From assembly GCA_017654855.1 (NCBI GenBank), contig CM030333.1:186001-250000 (forward strand): a stretch of DNA of 64,000 nucleotides, in the 5' to 3' direction. The notes beneath the pieces were generated by a model. The model saw only the letters and a program-made list of their open reading frames with translations. It was not told where the DNA came from and ran no database searches. A program made the translations under genes and the position numbers. Below are positions 12,070 through 23,915 of the stretch, piece after piece. Each line of letters begins with the position of its first letter. Within the stretch, counting starts at the first letter, position 1. The stretch comes from Podospora anserina. Lineage: Eukaryota.

Positions 12070-14021
12070 ATGGATCACATGCTGGTGCTGCCTCCTCCGT
12101 CGCAGTCCCCGACACCCTCGCAGCTAAAATCACAAGACGCAAGTGCCGCTGCCTCCTATCCGGACTACGAGCGCCGCTCAACGCCAGCGGCGCTCCACGA
12201 ACCAACTTTGACGATGCACCCGTCCCACCTAAACAGCCTGCCGCTACCGCCCATCTCCCATCCAGGCGACCCAACCTCGCGATCCTTCCCCCACCACACT
12301 GCCGAGCTGGCCCCGATCCAGCCGCCGCACGAGAAGCCTGCCATTGGGGCCGCGCAAACTCTGCCGTCACTCTCCTCCGTCACTGGCGCGCAGACCCCTC
12401 GCCTGCCCTCGCTGTCTGCCGCCTCAGAGTCTTCGTATTCTCCCCTGTCTACGGCGAGCACATCGACAGCAATCCCCGCGACCACAAACAAGACGATCGC
12501 TTCTCCCAGTCTCCCCATCAATCATTGGCCGAGCCTGAATCCCTTCACCACATACTACACACCGAGCCACGTGCAGGGTTCCGAATCGTCCATGAACGCG
12601 GACGTGACCAGCGGCAAACCAAGTCACCACAGGGCTACCAGCGTCAGCCTCGATGACCCGGGGGTGCGTGCCGCCGCCGAGGCTCTGGGGCGCCTGCGAA
12701 CAGGTATGTGCCCGAATCTTGTACTTCAACATGTGTCAAGGCAGCGCCAGTGTGTGTAGTGTCTAGAAGCTAATTTGATCTGGTACCTGGAAAAGTGGAC
12801 ACCATGCCCCACGACAGCGACGGCCGGCGCAATCGGACTCCCGAGGCGTACCAAGTGGGCACGCCCAACTCCCAGGAGAGCTCCAGCGAGAGACAGCAGG
12901 AGCCCCTGCTGTCATTGATCACTACGTCTTACCCCAGCATCGCCCCTGTTGCGTCATATCTAGAAAGTGCCACGTCGGTCTGCAATACGGCCTATACAAA
13001 CTCCAAAAACTATTCGCCCGTCCTCAGAAGGAATGCCGAGTACATAGAGGACCGAGTCGTGAAGCCGGTCGCCAAGACTGTAGGGAGATATGGCGGCCAC
13101 GGGCTCAGGTGGTGGCTGCAGAAGCCGGGCAGGAAGCAGCGCTCACCGTCCGACTTGGAAGATGGGCGACAGGGAGTGAAGCGACGGAAGGGGGACACGG
13201 ACAGAGAATCAGCCATCGCGGCCCGCGTCATGGCCGATTTTGACATAGGTTCCAAGGATCGACGCACCTCGGTCAGCACGGTCGACACGTTGCCTGCCTA
13301 TGACGACCAGAGGTCGCCGGCCTACACCGAGAGGGCTGACGAGCAGAGGGGGCCGACCTCTCAGGATGAAGAGTCTGGGAGCTATAAGCTGTGGGTTACG
13401 ACGTCCAGTCTCCGCGTTGCCATGCAGGATGAGAGCAAGAAGCGTCTCCGGGTTCTCATCGGGGTGCTGAGCAACACCAACGGGCGGATCACTGACTTCT
13501 TCGAGAGCCTGACCAAGGCGGTGGAGGAGTATGATCGCTCCATCGCGGCAAATCGCGAAGATGTTGCCATGGATGGCCAAGACGAATACAGTCACAATGA
13601 GCTCTCGACACGCATCATGACCCTCGTTGACGGCATAACCAAGACGAGCGCAGCGACGGTCGATATGGTCAACAAATGCGCTGCGAGTGCCCTGCCAGAT
13701 AATGTCAAGGCCTTTGTGGCTCGTCGACTGATAAGCTTGCCCGCGCAGTGGAAGCTCATGGCGTCGCAAGAAGGGCCGGACGCGCCCAGGGAAGGTGGCG
13801 ACGAAGCAGCAGCAATCCGTCACAGAGCACACTCGGCATTGGCGCTGGCCAAGGTGTCTCTCCAGATTATGACGCAAATCACCGAAGTCCTCAACATGAC
13901 GCTGAACGCTGTTGAGGAATGGTGCGAGAACCAAAACAAAAACGAGAGCTCCCAGCCATCTTCCCCAATGGGTGTTCAGGGGCCGGTGGGCGTAGATGGC
14001 GACGTCAAGATGTCAGATTGA
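12070..14021 (+). CDS. Opi1-family transcription regulator (CCG-8-like)
   Basis: SLDDPGVRAAAEALGRL motif, QEPLLSL, LPAYDDQRSPAY, helical C-terminal domain; one intron about 12704-12796 (GTATGT..CTAAT..AG). Confidence 0.85.
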
Positions 14022-14963
14022 AGAGCACCGAGGGGCGGGGAGCAGGCTTGCTACCCTATCTGTACCCACAACAAACTAAAAAGAATATGGATCGAGCAAA
14101 GGCCAGGCCTCCAAAAGCATTTATCCTCATCAACCACACGTCTCCTACGTACACAATCAACATTTTTCTCTATGTATCATTCAGCCAACCCCCCACGCCA
14201 CAGACTATTCATTCCTTTACCTGAGTCATCTTTATTGTATTTATTAAGTCTTCCGAGGTTTTGATCGGTTGTTCTCTCCGCACAGTACAATCGCTTCTTC
14301 CCTTCTTGCCTCTTTTCCTTGTCGCAGACTTCTTTTGCCGATTGGTTTTCATATTTCAGGTTTCAATAGACCGACCGGATTTCTAGGAAGGAAGGCTCTC
14401 TTTGATGGCGAGAGACGCTCGGTATGGCTGGAAAACAACTTGAGGTTGACAGTTGATAAAGCACACACACGAGGGTGGATAATAAATCAGAGACCCTGTG
14501 ATAGCCTATATCCAAAATTCTTCTAGGATCAACCGCTCCGTGCCACCTTGGTGCAAAGATGCACTTTGAGAAGGGCACATTTTCGCCTTTTTGCCTGCAC
14601 AGAACATTGGCGTGGGTCAATAACCCACGCAAATACATAACACACGAAGGCGCATAAAGTGTATATCTCGCGTATTGCGTATCAAGGAGTATATTTCAAA
14701 ATCAGAGAGCACCTCCTAGTCTGCAACTATCCCAAACAGAAAATAAACGTCAAAATGAACCATTGAAATACTAGATGAGCAATCACCATATTCGGAAGGG
14801 GAAAACAGCCAGGAATGAGTAAAGAAGGAGGGAAGAGACAGTGGACAGCAAGCATTTTGAAGGCCACCTTGCAGACACCAGACATAATACCCGACAACAA
14901 TGTCGCAATAAACACCATATTTGATGATGAAAACCCCCAAGACAATGGGGGAAACAGAGAAAA

Positions 14964-16712
14964 TCAAATACAGCTCGCTGGGTCCGGGGTATAGATATAG
15001 TGCGAATATCCGTAAGGATCGCTGACCAGGTTGCTGCTCGAGCTCATGCCGTACGTCGTCGTGGTGTCCGAGACGTACGACAGAGCATTGGCGTTTGCCT
15101 GGGCATTGATCATGTTGGCAAAATGATTGGCCTGCAAAGCCTCCTGATGATCGGCATAAGAGCTTGTCAGGGAGTGGGAAGCGTCGCCATAAGTGTCTGG
15201 GTAACCTGCCCCATCGCCTTGTTCTCCCGGGGCTTCACAGCTTTCTCCAGAGTCTGGGGAAACAACGGCTTCCTCACCACCCCCGCTACCAAAATCCATC
15301 TCGCCCACGTCCTCTCCCGTGCTGGCGGCGATCAGCAGTCTCGTGAGCCCCCCAACGGCAGCCAACGCTGTCATGCCCGTCCCGACAGTCTTGAGGGTGG
15401 AGCTGTTACCTCCCCCAGACCCGGGCGCGTTGATGCCTTTATTCAGTGTGGTAGGGTCGGCGGTTGTGATCTGCTGCCATGAACCAGCTGAGGGGCCGGT
15501 GGGAGCAGGCGGCGGAAGAAATGAGCCTCCTCCACCTGATCCCCCTACCAAAGCAACAGTTGGCGCAGGCTGGGGGTGGTGCAAGTAATGTTGCTGCTGC
15601 TGCTGGTGCTGCTGCTGGTGCTGCTGGTGCTGCTGCTGTTGGTGCTGGTGCTGGTGCTGGTGCTGCTGCTGCTGCTGCTGCTGGTGCTGCTGGTGTTGTT
15701 GAAGGTGATGTCCGGGAAGTGAGTAGTGCGGCTGTGGGTGTGAGGGAAGAGACAAGGGCGAAGCTGATATCTGAGGATAGCGAAATTTTGCCAGCGGTGG
15801 TGGAGGTGAAGAGGGTGTCTGGTTTGAGGCAAAGACGTGCGGAGTTTGGCCCTGTGAGACAGGAGCAAGTGCGGCTGGGCTCTGGCTCTGGCTCTGATCT
15901 TGGCGCGCTGGCGGCACAAAAGGGATAGCAGACTGCTGGTGGGATGCCGTGTTCTGTGCGTGGTGGTGTGAAGAAGCCCAGTACTGTGGTGTGTACAGCG
16001 GCTGTGGGCTTGTCGTCTGCTGGGGGACCACAATGCCCGCCTGCCTCTGTCTTCTCTGCTCAGCGGCCCGCACCGCAGCCACCTGGGCTTTTGTCGCGGC
16101 CTCATGAGCACTCGTGGCGGCGCTTTTGAGGGCCCCGCCGAAGCGGCTTGCCGTCTTCTTGCTCCACTTGACCGTTTCTTTGCTGAATACCGAGCTGGCA
16201 AAGTCCCCGAGTTTCTGGCCTGACGAATGGCTACCAGGTATGGGAGGGGGTGATGTGGTGCTGGAGACTGACGGAGTGGGAAGACTGTGTGTGGGTGAGA
16301 CCAACGGAGCGGGTTGAGGATGGTGGGAAGCGTATGACTGAGGCCATGACGGGTAGGCGGCAGGTGTGTATACAACACCCGGAATACCAGGGGTCTGGGA
16401 CGGCGAGGGAAGACCTGCACCGACGGTGGTAGATGGCGGGCCCGCATGGGAAACTGCTGCTGAATGGGGAGCGTGCAGAGGTATCAACCCCTCATGGTCC
16501 GGTGGCGGCTCCCTCTCGACCGGAATCAGGCCCTGATCGAAATCACCACTAGCTTGAGGCCGTGGAGTCGTTGGCATCGAGCCCTCAAGCTCGGCACAGA
16601 AAGTCGGCGGCGGCGGGATGCTCGACGCAGGCCTCACCGGCTTCCTCCGAAGGGAGGATTGCACACTCAAGTTGGCCACGGCAGGTATCAGCCCGTCCAT
16701 CTCGCTCATCAT
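14964..16712 (-). CDS. Low-complexity P/S/Q-rich protein with polyQ/His tract, 582 aa
   Basis: Long single ORF with ATG start; no recognisable domain. Confidence 0.7.
   Translation of the reverse strand: MMSEMDGLIPAVANLSVQSSLRRKPVRPASSIPPPPTFCAELEGSMPTTPRPQASGDFDQGLIPVEREPPPDHEGLIPLHAPHSAAVSHAGPPSTTVGAGLPSPSQTPGIPGVVYTPAAYPSWPQSYASHHPQPAPLVSPTHSLPTPSVSSTTSPPPIPGSHSSGQKLGDFASSVFSKETVKWSKKTASRFGGALKSAATSAHEAATKAQVAAVRAAEQRRQRQAGIVVPQQTTSPQPLYTPQYWASSHHHAQNTASHQQSAIPFVPPARQDQSQSQSPAALAPVSQGQTPHVFASNQTPSSPPPPLAKFRYPQISASPLSLPSHPQPHYSLPGHHLQQHQQHQQQQQQQHQHQHQHQQQQHQQHQQQHQQQQQHYLHHPQPAPTVALVGGSGGGGSFLPPPAPTGPSAGSWQQITTADPTTLNKGINAPGSGGGNSSTLKTVGTGMTALAAVGGLTRLLIAASTGEDVGEMDFGSGGGEEAVVSPDSGESCEAPGEQGDGAGYPDTYGDASHSLTSSYADHQEALQANHFANMINAQANANALSYVSDTTTTYGMSSSSNLVSDPYGYSHYIYTPDPASCI
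15589..15702 (-). repeat. Coding CAG/CAC trinucleotide repeat (polyQ/QH)
   Basis: Encodes QQHQQHQQQQQQQHQHQHQHQQQQHQQHQQQHQQQQQH. Confidence 0.95.
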
Positions 16713-16855
16713 GTGCGGCGTGATGGAGTGGAAAGAGTATCAAGAACGGCAAATACAAAAACCCCAAGGTCGGCTCCCCGCTGCCAAGAGCCGGCTGAAG
16801 AACACGTTGATGTGCGGCTGAGGTTGGTATTTGCCTAAGTTGGTTAGGTAGGTAC

Positions 16856-19800
16856 CTAGGGATTTGTAGCGGCTGGGGGGTTTGTAGGATGTGTGGGAGC
16901 TGAGTGATCCTTGGCGTTGTAATAGGTCTGCAGGTCCTTTTGTTGCTGTTGATGCCATTTTTGACTTTTGGGAGGAAGTGCATAGCCTTTAGGAGGTTCT
17001 AGCGGGCGAGGATGAAGGAACATATAAGCATCACGGCGCGCTTGTGAAAGCCACCCAGCTTTGGGACCCGGGGGCTTGGGATCGTTGCGGAAACCGTGCA
17101 CCCATTTGTCGTGGTGAATGATCCAGTTGAATTCGTTCCAAAGGTATAACGTATATTATAAGCGAGCGACCAATATAAGCGAGCGACCACTTTTTCACAA
17201 CCTTTATATCATTATCCTCAATTACTACACAACCATACTAAGAAGCAACCATAATTACATCCGAAATAGCTGAATCAGACAATTCTATAGCCTCCTGGCA
17301 AGTGCGCGCATTATGGCCAGGCTTGCCGCACACACCACAGCACTGAACTTTCGTACGAGCCCCCCCCTGCACCACCGCTATCCGGCTGTATTTCTTCCAC
17401 TGCCTCCCCACCCACGGCCTTCTGGTCCAGTAGATCCTGTGCATCTTGCACAGTAAGTGATCCTCCGAGCCGTACACGTGTTTTTTTAGCTCTCCGGCGC
17501 TTACTTAGTGCCTCATTGGCCTTACGGAGCGAAGAGACCTCTGCCTGTAAGAGGGCCACTTGGTGCATTATAGTTATCGTACCCTTAGTAAATTGATCTA
17601 TAGCACCTAATATTAAAGTCGGGGAGCTATTTTGATGGTTGGTAATGCGAGTCTTGATAAGCGTGGAGTATAAGTTGGCTTCTCGGGGGTTTTATAGTAT
17701 TTAGAATACTTAAGGGAGTGCCGTGCCCGGCCTTAAGGATGGGGGTATTAGCGTACGAAGCTTTATATCCAGCTTAGAAAGTACCTTCTCTAGATCGTAT
17801 AATATAAAGCTAATACTTATAAAGCTACCCTATATATTCTTCTCCGTTATAAAGGCGAAAAAAGCCTCGCGGAAGGCATAAAGAAACTCGAGCTTACTTA
17901 TATAGTTAATATATATGCGCATTAAGCCCTCGATTTAGCGGCCGTACACCTATTTTAGCGGCCCAAAGCAGCCAATATCGAGTAGCTGGAGGAGGTAGGA
18001 GGAGTATAGAGGCATGTAAAGCATAATAATATTATTCTACTAATAGTAACGTTTAAATTTAATTAAGTAATAGCTTTCGTAATTATCGAGGATTAATAAC
18101 CGGTATTTACTTTTCGTACGAGACGCTATATAATAATCGAAGTACTTAATTTAATTTAGATTTACCGGATTAATAGTTTAATTATTATCGATAATTATAA
18201 TACGCTAAATAGATAGTAAATTATATTCGGTATATTAATTAGTAAAATAGTATTATATAATTAAAATAATAAAAAGTAGGATAGTTTAGCCGAAAATATT
18301 AACTCTTTAAATTACCGTTATTTACTCGCGGTTATTAAGCTAAACTAATTTTACTTTACTAAAGCCGTCCGAGATTATAACTACTATACCTACAAAGATA
18401 ATACTTATTATAAACCTAGTCTCGTCGAAGTTATAAATATCGTTATTTATAATACCGTATTTAGCCTTAGTATTCCGTACGAGCGTAAACCACTCGGTAA
18501 TAACCTTCGGATCTTTATACTTAGCCCTCTAGTAATCGTATTTATATGTAAAACGCGTATAGAGCTGTGGCTAGCATTTAACGAAGTTGTGTGCCCAGAG
18601 CTTACCAACAGGGGGCGCGTCGCGTACGCGCAGTAATTGGTTGGCCATATCTTCCACACCACGTAACTTTGGTGGAAAAGTTCGCGTAGATAGCTCAATA
18701 ATATAGTAAACAATAGCCTCCTCTTCGGATTGAGTAAGCTTCTTCGATCTGGGCGTAGTATCGCGTCGTGCAGGCCGGCCGGCGCGTCGGTGTCTAAGCG
18801 TACTGCGATCGACGTTATATATCTTGGCTGCAGCTAATACACTTAGATTTTTATCATTTCGAAGAGCCTCAAGGGCTAAGATTATATGGGCTTCCTTTGA
18901 AGTAGATGGCATTTTGGAATGTTGAGAAAATGAGGTGTTGAGGTTGAGGTTACGCGTCGCGTGAAAAAGGTGGTCGCTCGCTTATATTGGTCGCTCGCTT
19001 ATAATATACGTTATAGTCTTTACATCTTTTGGCAGCTTCCGGACAAAATTCTTCGTTGCCGGGTCTATAACATAGGAAGTCGCAAGATTACCGGCGTGTA
19101 TGTCCCGGTGGACCCAGAGCATAAAGGCAAACCTGAACACGTCCCACCTGGTCTGATCCAGTTGTTGCATTTCCTCATTCCACTCCGTTTCTGTCTGAGC
19201 CCCCCAGTCTGGAAAAGCCGATCAGCAAGCTGAGACGACACAACACAACACACCAAGAGTGGACTCACTATACAGCTGGCATGTCCGCGCAAACAATCTT
19301 TACGTAGTCATGGAAAAGAGGACGCCTATTGTCGGCGGGCCTTCCAAAGATTTGGGCTGTTACCTCACCTCTGAGGGTGTGCCAATTGTCCCTCCATGAA
19401 TGGTCGGTGTGACTCCAGCTGTTTTGCCCGTGCGCCGTGTTAAAGTTGAAGCAAATGAATTCGGCGACATTGAAATATTTTTCAATGAATTTAGCATGGC
19501 TCATCAGCTTCTCTCGGGCCGCTATGCGATTTGGACCATTTCGATTCTTGTCAGTGCGGCCATGGTGCAAGCATTCACCTGTGGTGTGGGCATTATGTTA
19601 GTTTCTGTTTGCAAGTACAGCATAAGATCTTGGTCACGAGATCACTTACGAATGTACCTGGCCTCCACGGGTTCTAGGCCATACATGGCTTTGAAGATTT
19701 GGTCGTGCACCATCTGCCAGCTCCTCTCATCCGCCGGGGGCCGTGGTGTGGTATTCATGCCGAAAACCGTTATGAAGTCCGGCCCGTTCGGGGGTTGGGG

Positions 19801-20922
19801 GGGGTAGACTAATACGGGACTGAGAGTATCACGCGCCGCTTCGCCGTGGCGATCCAGAGCCAGCTTGTCAGCTACAATTTCGCAGTCCATGAGAAAGTCG
19901 GCCCCGTGAAAGCGTCTAGATAAGGCCGTTGCGCGGATGGCAGATGTGCCTGTGGAGAACGGCTGCGGCACGACAATCTCTTGCGCGCCATCTTCTTCTG
20001 GGACCCGGTCCATACAGTCTCTGACGGCAACCCGGGCCGCTTCAGCGTTAGCATTGGCGGTATACTCATACTTCGTCTTGTTTTTCATAAACGTGATGAC
20101 GGCGCGGGTCCGGACATCAATGGCATAGCCGCGATACCTTTCAAATGAATCCGGGTTCATGGTCGCCATCACATCCTGTAGTCTCTGATTCTCCTGTCGC
20201 AACCGTTCGACCTCTTCTGTCTTTTTATGGATTCGTTTTTGCAGCTTTTCCGTTTTGCTGCCGCCTGGTGACCCAAGCGAGAGTTGTCCAAGCCCAAGTG
20301 TGCTATTTTCCAATACGGTTTCCACGGCGGTGTGCACCTGTTGCTGACTATCATGTGTTATCTTCCGGAGCTTCTTCTCGAGCAGGGCAAGTGTGCGAGA
20401 GGGGCTGATCGTAGCATCCACGTCCTCGGCAATCCTACTCCTCTCTTGATGCACCTTCTCCAGCAGGGTTTGGTACTCCTCATGCACGTTTTTAAAAACA
20501 ACGCCTTCCAAAATACGGCCCGAGTCCTCGTCCGTCCAGAAATATTTCAGATCCTCCGTTGGGGGGTTGTTAGCAGACCACTTGTACGCATCTTGGTGGC
20601 TTAACGCCACGAGGGCACGCCTCATTACGAGTTTTTCGGGTGTTATGTTGAGGTTGGCCTCCTGGTCGTACTTCGTTACAAGGGTCACGATGTTTCGTTT
20701 GTATCTCTTGCCCCATCCTGGTGGCAGCCCCTGGCTTAGACGAGTCCTGATGGGCGGGAGTTTCGCAGTGTCCAATAGCGCTTGCGCGATCGTGTCCCAT
20801 CTCGTAGAAGCTACGGTATCGGTACTGGTTGAACTCACAGAATCCCCTCTTGAACTTCTAGGCCTTTGGTAAGGGGTCTTCGGCGACACGGTCGGTGTTG
20901 GCGTTTTTGGTGTCTTCGGCAT
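16856..20922 (-). pseudogene. Orphan coiled-coil gene interrupted in its last exon by a pogo transposon
   Basis: Exon 1 20922-19650, intron 19579-19649, exon 2 to about 19270, exon 3 from about 19200. Removing the transposon and one TA joins ..RKLPKDVKTI to YLWNEFNWIIHHDKWVHGFRN..ATNP* (stop at 16856) in frame. Confidence 0.75.
17149..19011 (-). mobile_element. pogo/Fot1-type (Tc1/mariner superfamily) DNA transposon, RIP-inactivated
   Basis: About 50-bp TIRs ACGTATATTATAAGCGAGCGACCAATATAAGCGAGCGACCACTTTTTCAC, TA TSD (17147-48 and 19012-13). Transposase remnant 18912-17238 has an N-terminal HTH (AAAKIYNVDRSTL), a CENP-B-type HTH (VGKLWAHNFVK) and a C-terminal CGVCGKPGHNARTC knuckle; central part has many TAA/TAG stops. 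Confidence 0.95.
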
Positions 20923-21405
20923 TTTCGTGGTTGCTCGGTAGCGAAACTAGGTGGGCAGTGTTGCTGTTGAATCGCCGCTACGTACTACCTGACAACTTGG
21001 GGTTTATCAAGACCTTTGAACTACAAAGATACATGTGAGAGGCACGATGGCCGTGGGTCCTTGTTGCAGGAACCACGCGATTGTGTGGCCGGATTTGGAA
21101 ACCGACGCACCAAAGCTATCAAGCACGACAAAGGGACCACACAGTGCGGACAAGTACAGGCATATACAATCTATTTCGGTGTCTCCCAGCAACCCAACAT
21201 GCCCCATTCGGGCTGTCTGGGCATGAGACTATATGCATATCAATGCATGTATCTAGGTAACTAAATATGTACAACGAGAACATGAACTCTCCCTCAAATT
21301 TAAACCACCAACAAACTCTAGAAGCTTTTCTTCCACTTCATCCCGCTTGCCCAGAGCCATGCTGTCTCTCCCTCTCTCTCTCTCTTCTTCCCTTTGGAGT
21401 CGAGT

Positions 21406-22949
21406 TTAGAAAGGAGGGTTGGCGTTGGTGAGGAGCTGCTCAAAGTAGGCTTGGAACCACTGGCCGGCCTCGGGGGCAGGCTTGAGGGCATCGGCGAAGC
21501 CGCAGTGGTGATCATAGCGGGCAGCCGTGGTGTCGCTGGTGCCGTCGCACTCTCCACCGGGCTTGATCCAGACAAAGGCGTCCTCAATGTCGAGTCCAGT
21601 GTCGGTGGTCGGGCGGGGGCCGAAGCCAGTGCCGATGGCATTGCACCAGTGGCCCCACTCGAGCTGGCCGGTCGGCTGCTTTCCGGAACGGCCAGTGTCA
21701 GTAATGAAGTGGGCGGGGAAGCCGGCAGCAGTGAGGAGGGGGCTGAAGGCCTGGACAAAGCGCTTCTCGTCAAAGTTGGGGTTGGGGGTGGTGTACGAAG
21801 GAGCTGACGACAAGCTCCAGCCGTTGTAGTTGGCAACGTTGGTAGCGAGGCCGCGGAGAGAGGTGGGCCTGCCAGCGTCCTTGTAGATGCCAGCAAAGAG
21901 CTCAGCAGCGGGGCCAATGTTGGCTGGCCAGCCAAGCCAGCCGGCGTGACCGGCGTCGAGGTACATGGCGACGTTGGGCAGGTTCAGCTGCTTGAGGGCG
22001 TAGACTGTGAGCTCCTTGTAGGTGTTGGCGGCACCCTGACACTTGGGCACGTTCATGTTGGTCACCATGTTGGCGAGCGAGTCGGGCTCGATGACAAGGA
22101 TGGTGCGGATGTCGGAATACTGGACGAGATGGTGACGGATGCGGTCAATGTAAGCCTTGTACTTAGCAGCGCCGCCATCAGCGATGGCCCACTCGCCGTT
22201 GGAAGCGGCAGCAGCGCAGTCACGATCGGGGAGGTCGTAGACGACAAAGATGCCGGCGTAGGGAGGGTTGGCACCGGCCCTGTTGGCGGCACGAATGTCG
22301 GCCAGGGTGCCGGAGAAGAGAGTGTCGACCGTCACGTTCCTGTCCATCCACTGGAAGCTGGGAACCTTGGCCACGGCGGCCGCCTTGGTGGCCATGGGCC
22401 CGGTGAGGCTGGGAATCGCCAGGGTGTGCACCTCGGACGAGTAGTAGCTGTTGGCCCACTGCTGGACACCCAGGAAGGGGTTGCCCGAGTAGCTAGCCGT
22501 GGACGAGGCACCGCCGCCGGGAGGAACCGTCACGGATGCCCCCGCGCTGGTGGTGGTGGTGGGCACGTTGACAGCAGAGGTCGAGATGCTAGAGCTAGTC
22601 GGGCGGCTGGAGCTGCTGGTGGTGGTGCGGGTAGAAGAAGGGGCCTGCGCCGTGGTGGTCACCTGGCTGCCAGGAAGACACTGCGAATACCACTGGTTCT
22701 GGGCAACGCAAGTACTGCCCGAGGCGCAGCAGGTCGCGCCGGTCCAGCCTTGGCCGCCACATTGGCTCCTGTAAAGCAAAAGTGGTCAGCACAGAGTTCA
22801 TGGCTGGGGACAAGCTAGGTCGAGATTCGTTGTTTGGGAAAGGAAAGGGGTGGTTACCAGACAGAGCCGCAGTTTTGGCGTTCCTCGATGACAGGGGCTG
22901 CCAACGTGGTGGCTGCCAGAGCAGCCGTGAGAAGGAGTCTCTTGGCCAT
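21406..22949 (-). CDS. GH6 cellobiohydrolase II with N-terminal CBM1 (Cel6A-type)
   Basis: Signal peptide [14 protein letters not shown]1 [22 protein letters not shown] across intron 22769-22857; S/T linker; [28 protein letters not shown]. Confidence 0.97.
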
Positions 22950-23915
22950 TGCGATGGGTGGACGGAGCTGTTGCGGGAACTCTGACTTTGATGGATTGAG
23001 CGGTGCGGGCTGCCAAAGCTCTAGAGACAGTCCATCAACAGCGAGGAGCACCCTCTTTTATGCCAATCCAACACACACACAACTGCCTTTGGGGTCAAAG
23101 GGAACCCATTTCGGATCGACGGGAGCACGATCCTGAAGCTGGAGGGAAAATCTCCTACGCGGGCGACAAACACCCACACACGCACCAGCCCACCATCATG
23201 GCCAGCTCATCTGGGCTGGGCAACGAGGAAGATCGCTCCGAGCGACGCCACCCAAGCAAGGTCCCGTCGGTCCAGGCTCCGAAAAGAAACAAAACACGGC
23301 GGAAGGGCCATGAGATGTGGTCATCCGGGGCGCCATCTCAGGTTGCCAATGTGGAGGTGGAGCAAGTCCAGGAACGCATGGGACCGAGAGCCGAAGAAGC
23401 GTCAGGCGTTGTTTATGGGAAACCTCTGAAATCTCCGCCAACCAGGTTAGCAAGAGGGCGCGTCGAAGCGGAACCGGGTTCAGACCATCGCACTTGATTG
23501 AGGTTGGATCGACTAGATCTCGGAAGCCTCGTTCCTGAATATCCACGATGGGAAGCGCAGAGCCCTCCGTCTGCGGGGAAGATGGGGATGGGGGGACAGG
23601 GGGTGGGGGTGCGGAACAGACTTGCGATGTTCCGGCATTGTCGTGCTCTGATTGACCCGCCGTTACCACCAAGGCGACTCTGCCATCGGTGCCATGGCAC
23701 TAGCCGAGCCTGCCGAGATCTTGAGAGCGTTGCACTCTTGGCGGCTCGTCTGGGTTTCCATGCCCTCGCGGCCGAAAGTGGTCATTCCCAGATACCGGGA
23801 CGGCACTCGCACGAGGTTTGCAATGCATCCTCTCTTTGCATCCCGTCTATCCGCTGCGCTGCGCTGCCGCTGCTGACTAACAATAGGCCGGTCCTTGATC
23901 AAGGCGCTCTCACCA

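Noticed and set aside
19268-19270. TAG as a stop corrected by A-to-I editing
   Set aside because: It is followed at once by TGA and overlaps a splice donor, so editing alone would not restore the frame
16856-20922. Possible Spok meiotic-drive gene or het gene
   Set aside because: No Spok-like N-terminal repeat, nuclease or kinase motifs, and no HET, NACHT or WD motifs that I can recognise
21318-22818. Long overlapping or antisense ORFs over the GH6 gene (similar ones over AP-2 mu, the Opi1-like gene and the polyQ gene)
   Set aside because: Expected shadow frames from high-GC codon bias
23100-23650. CreA-type SYGGRG sites upstream of the cellobiohydrolase
   Set aside because: Several matches are present, but the hexamer is too frequent in GC-rich DNA to call
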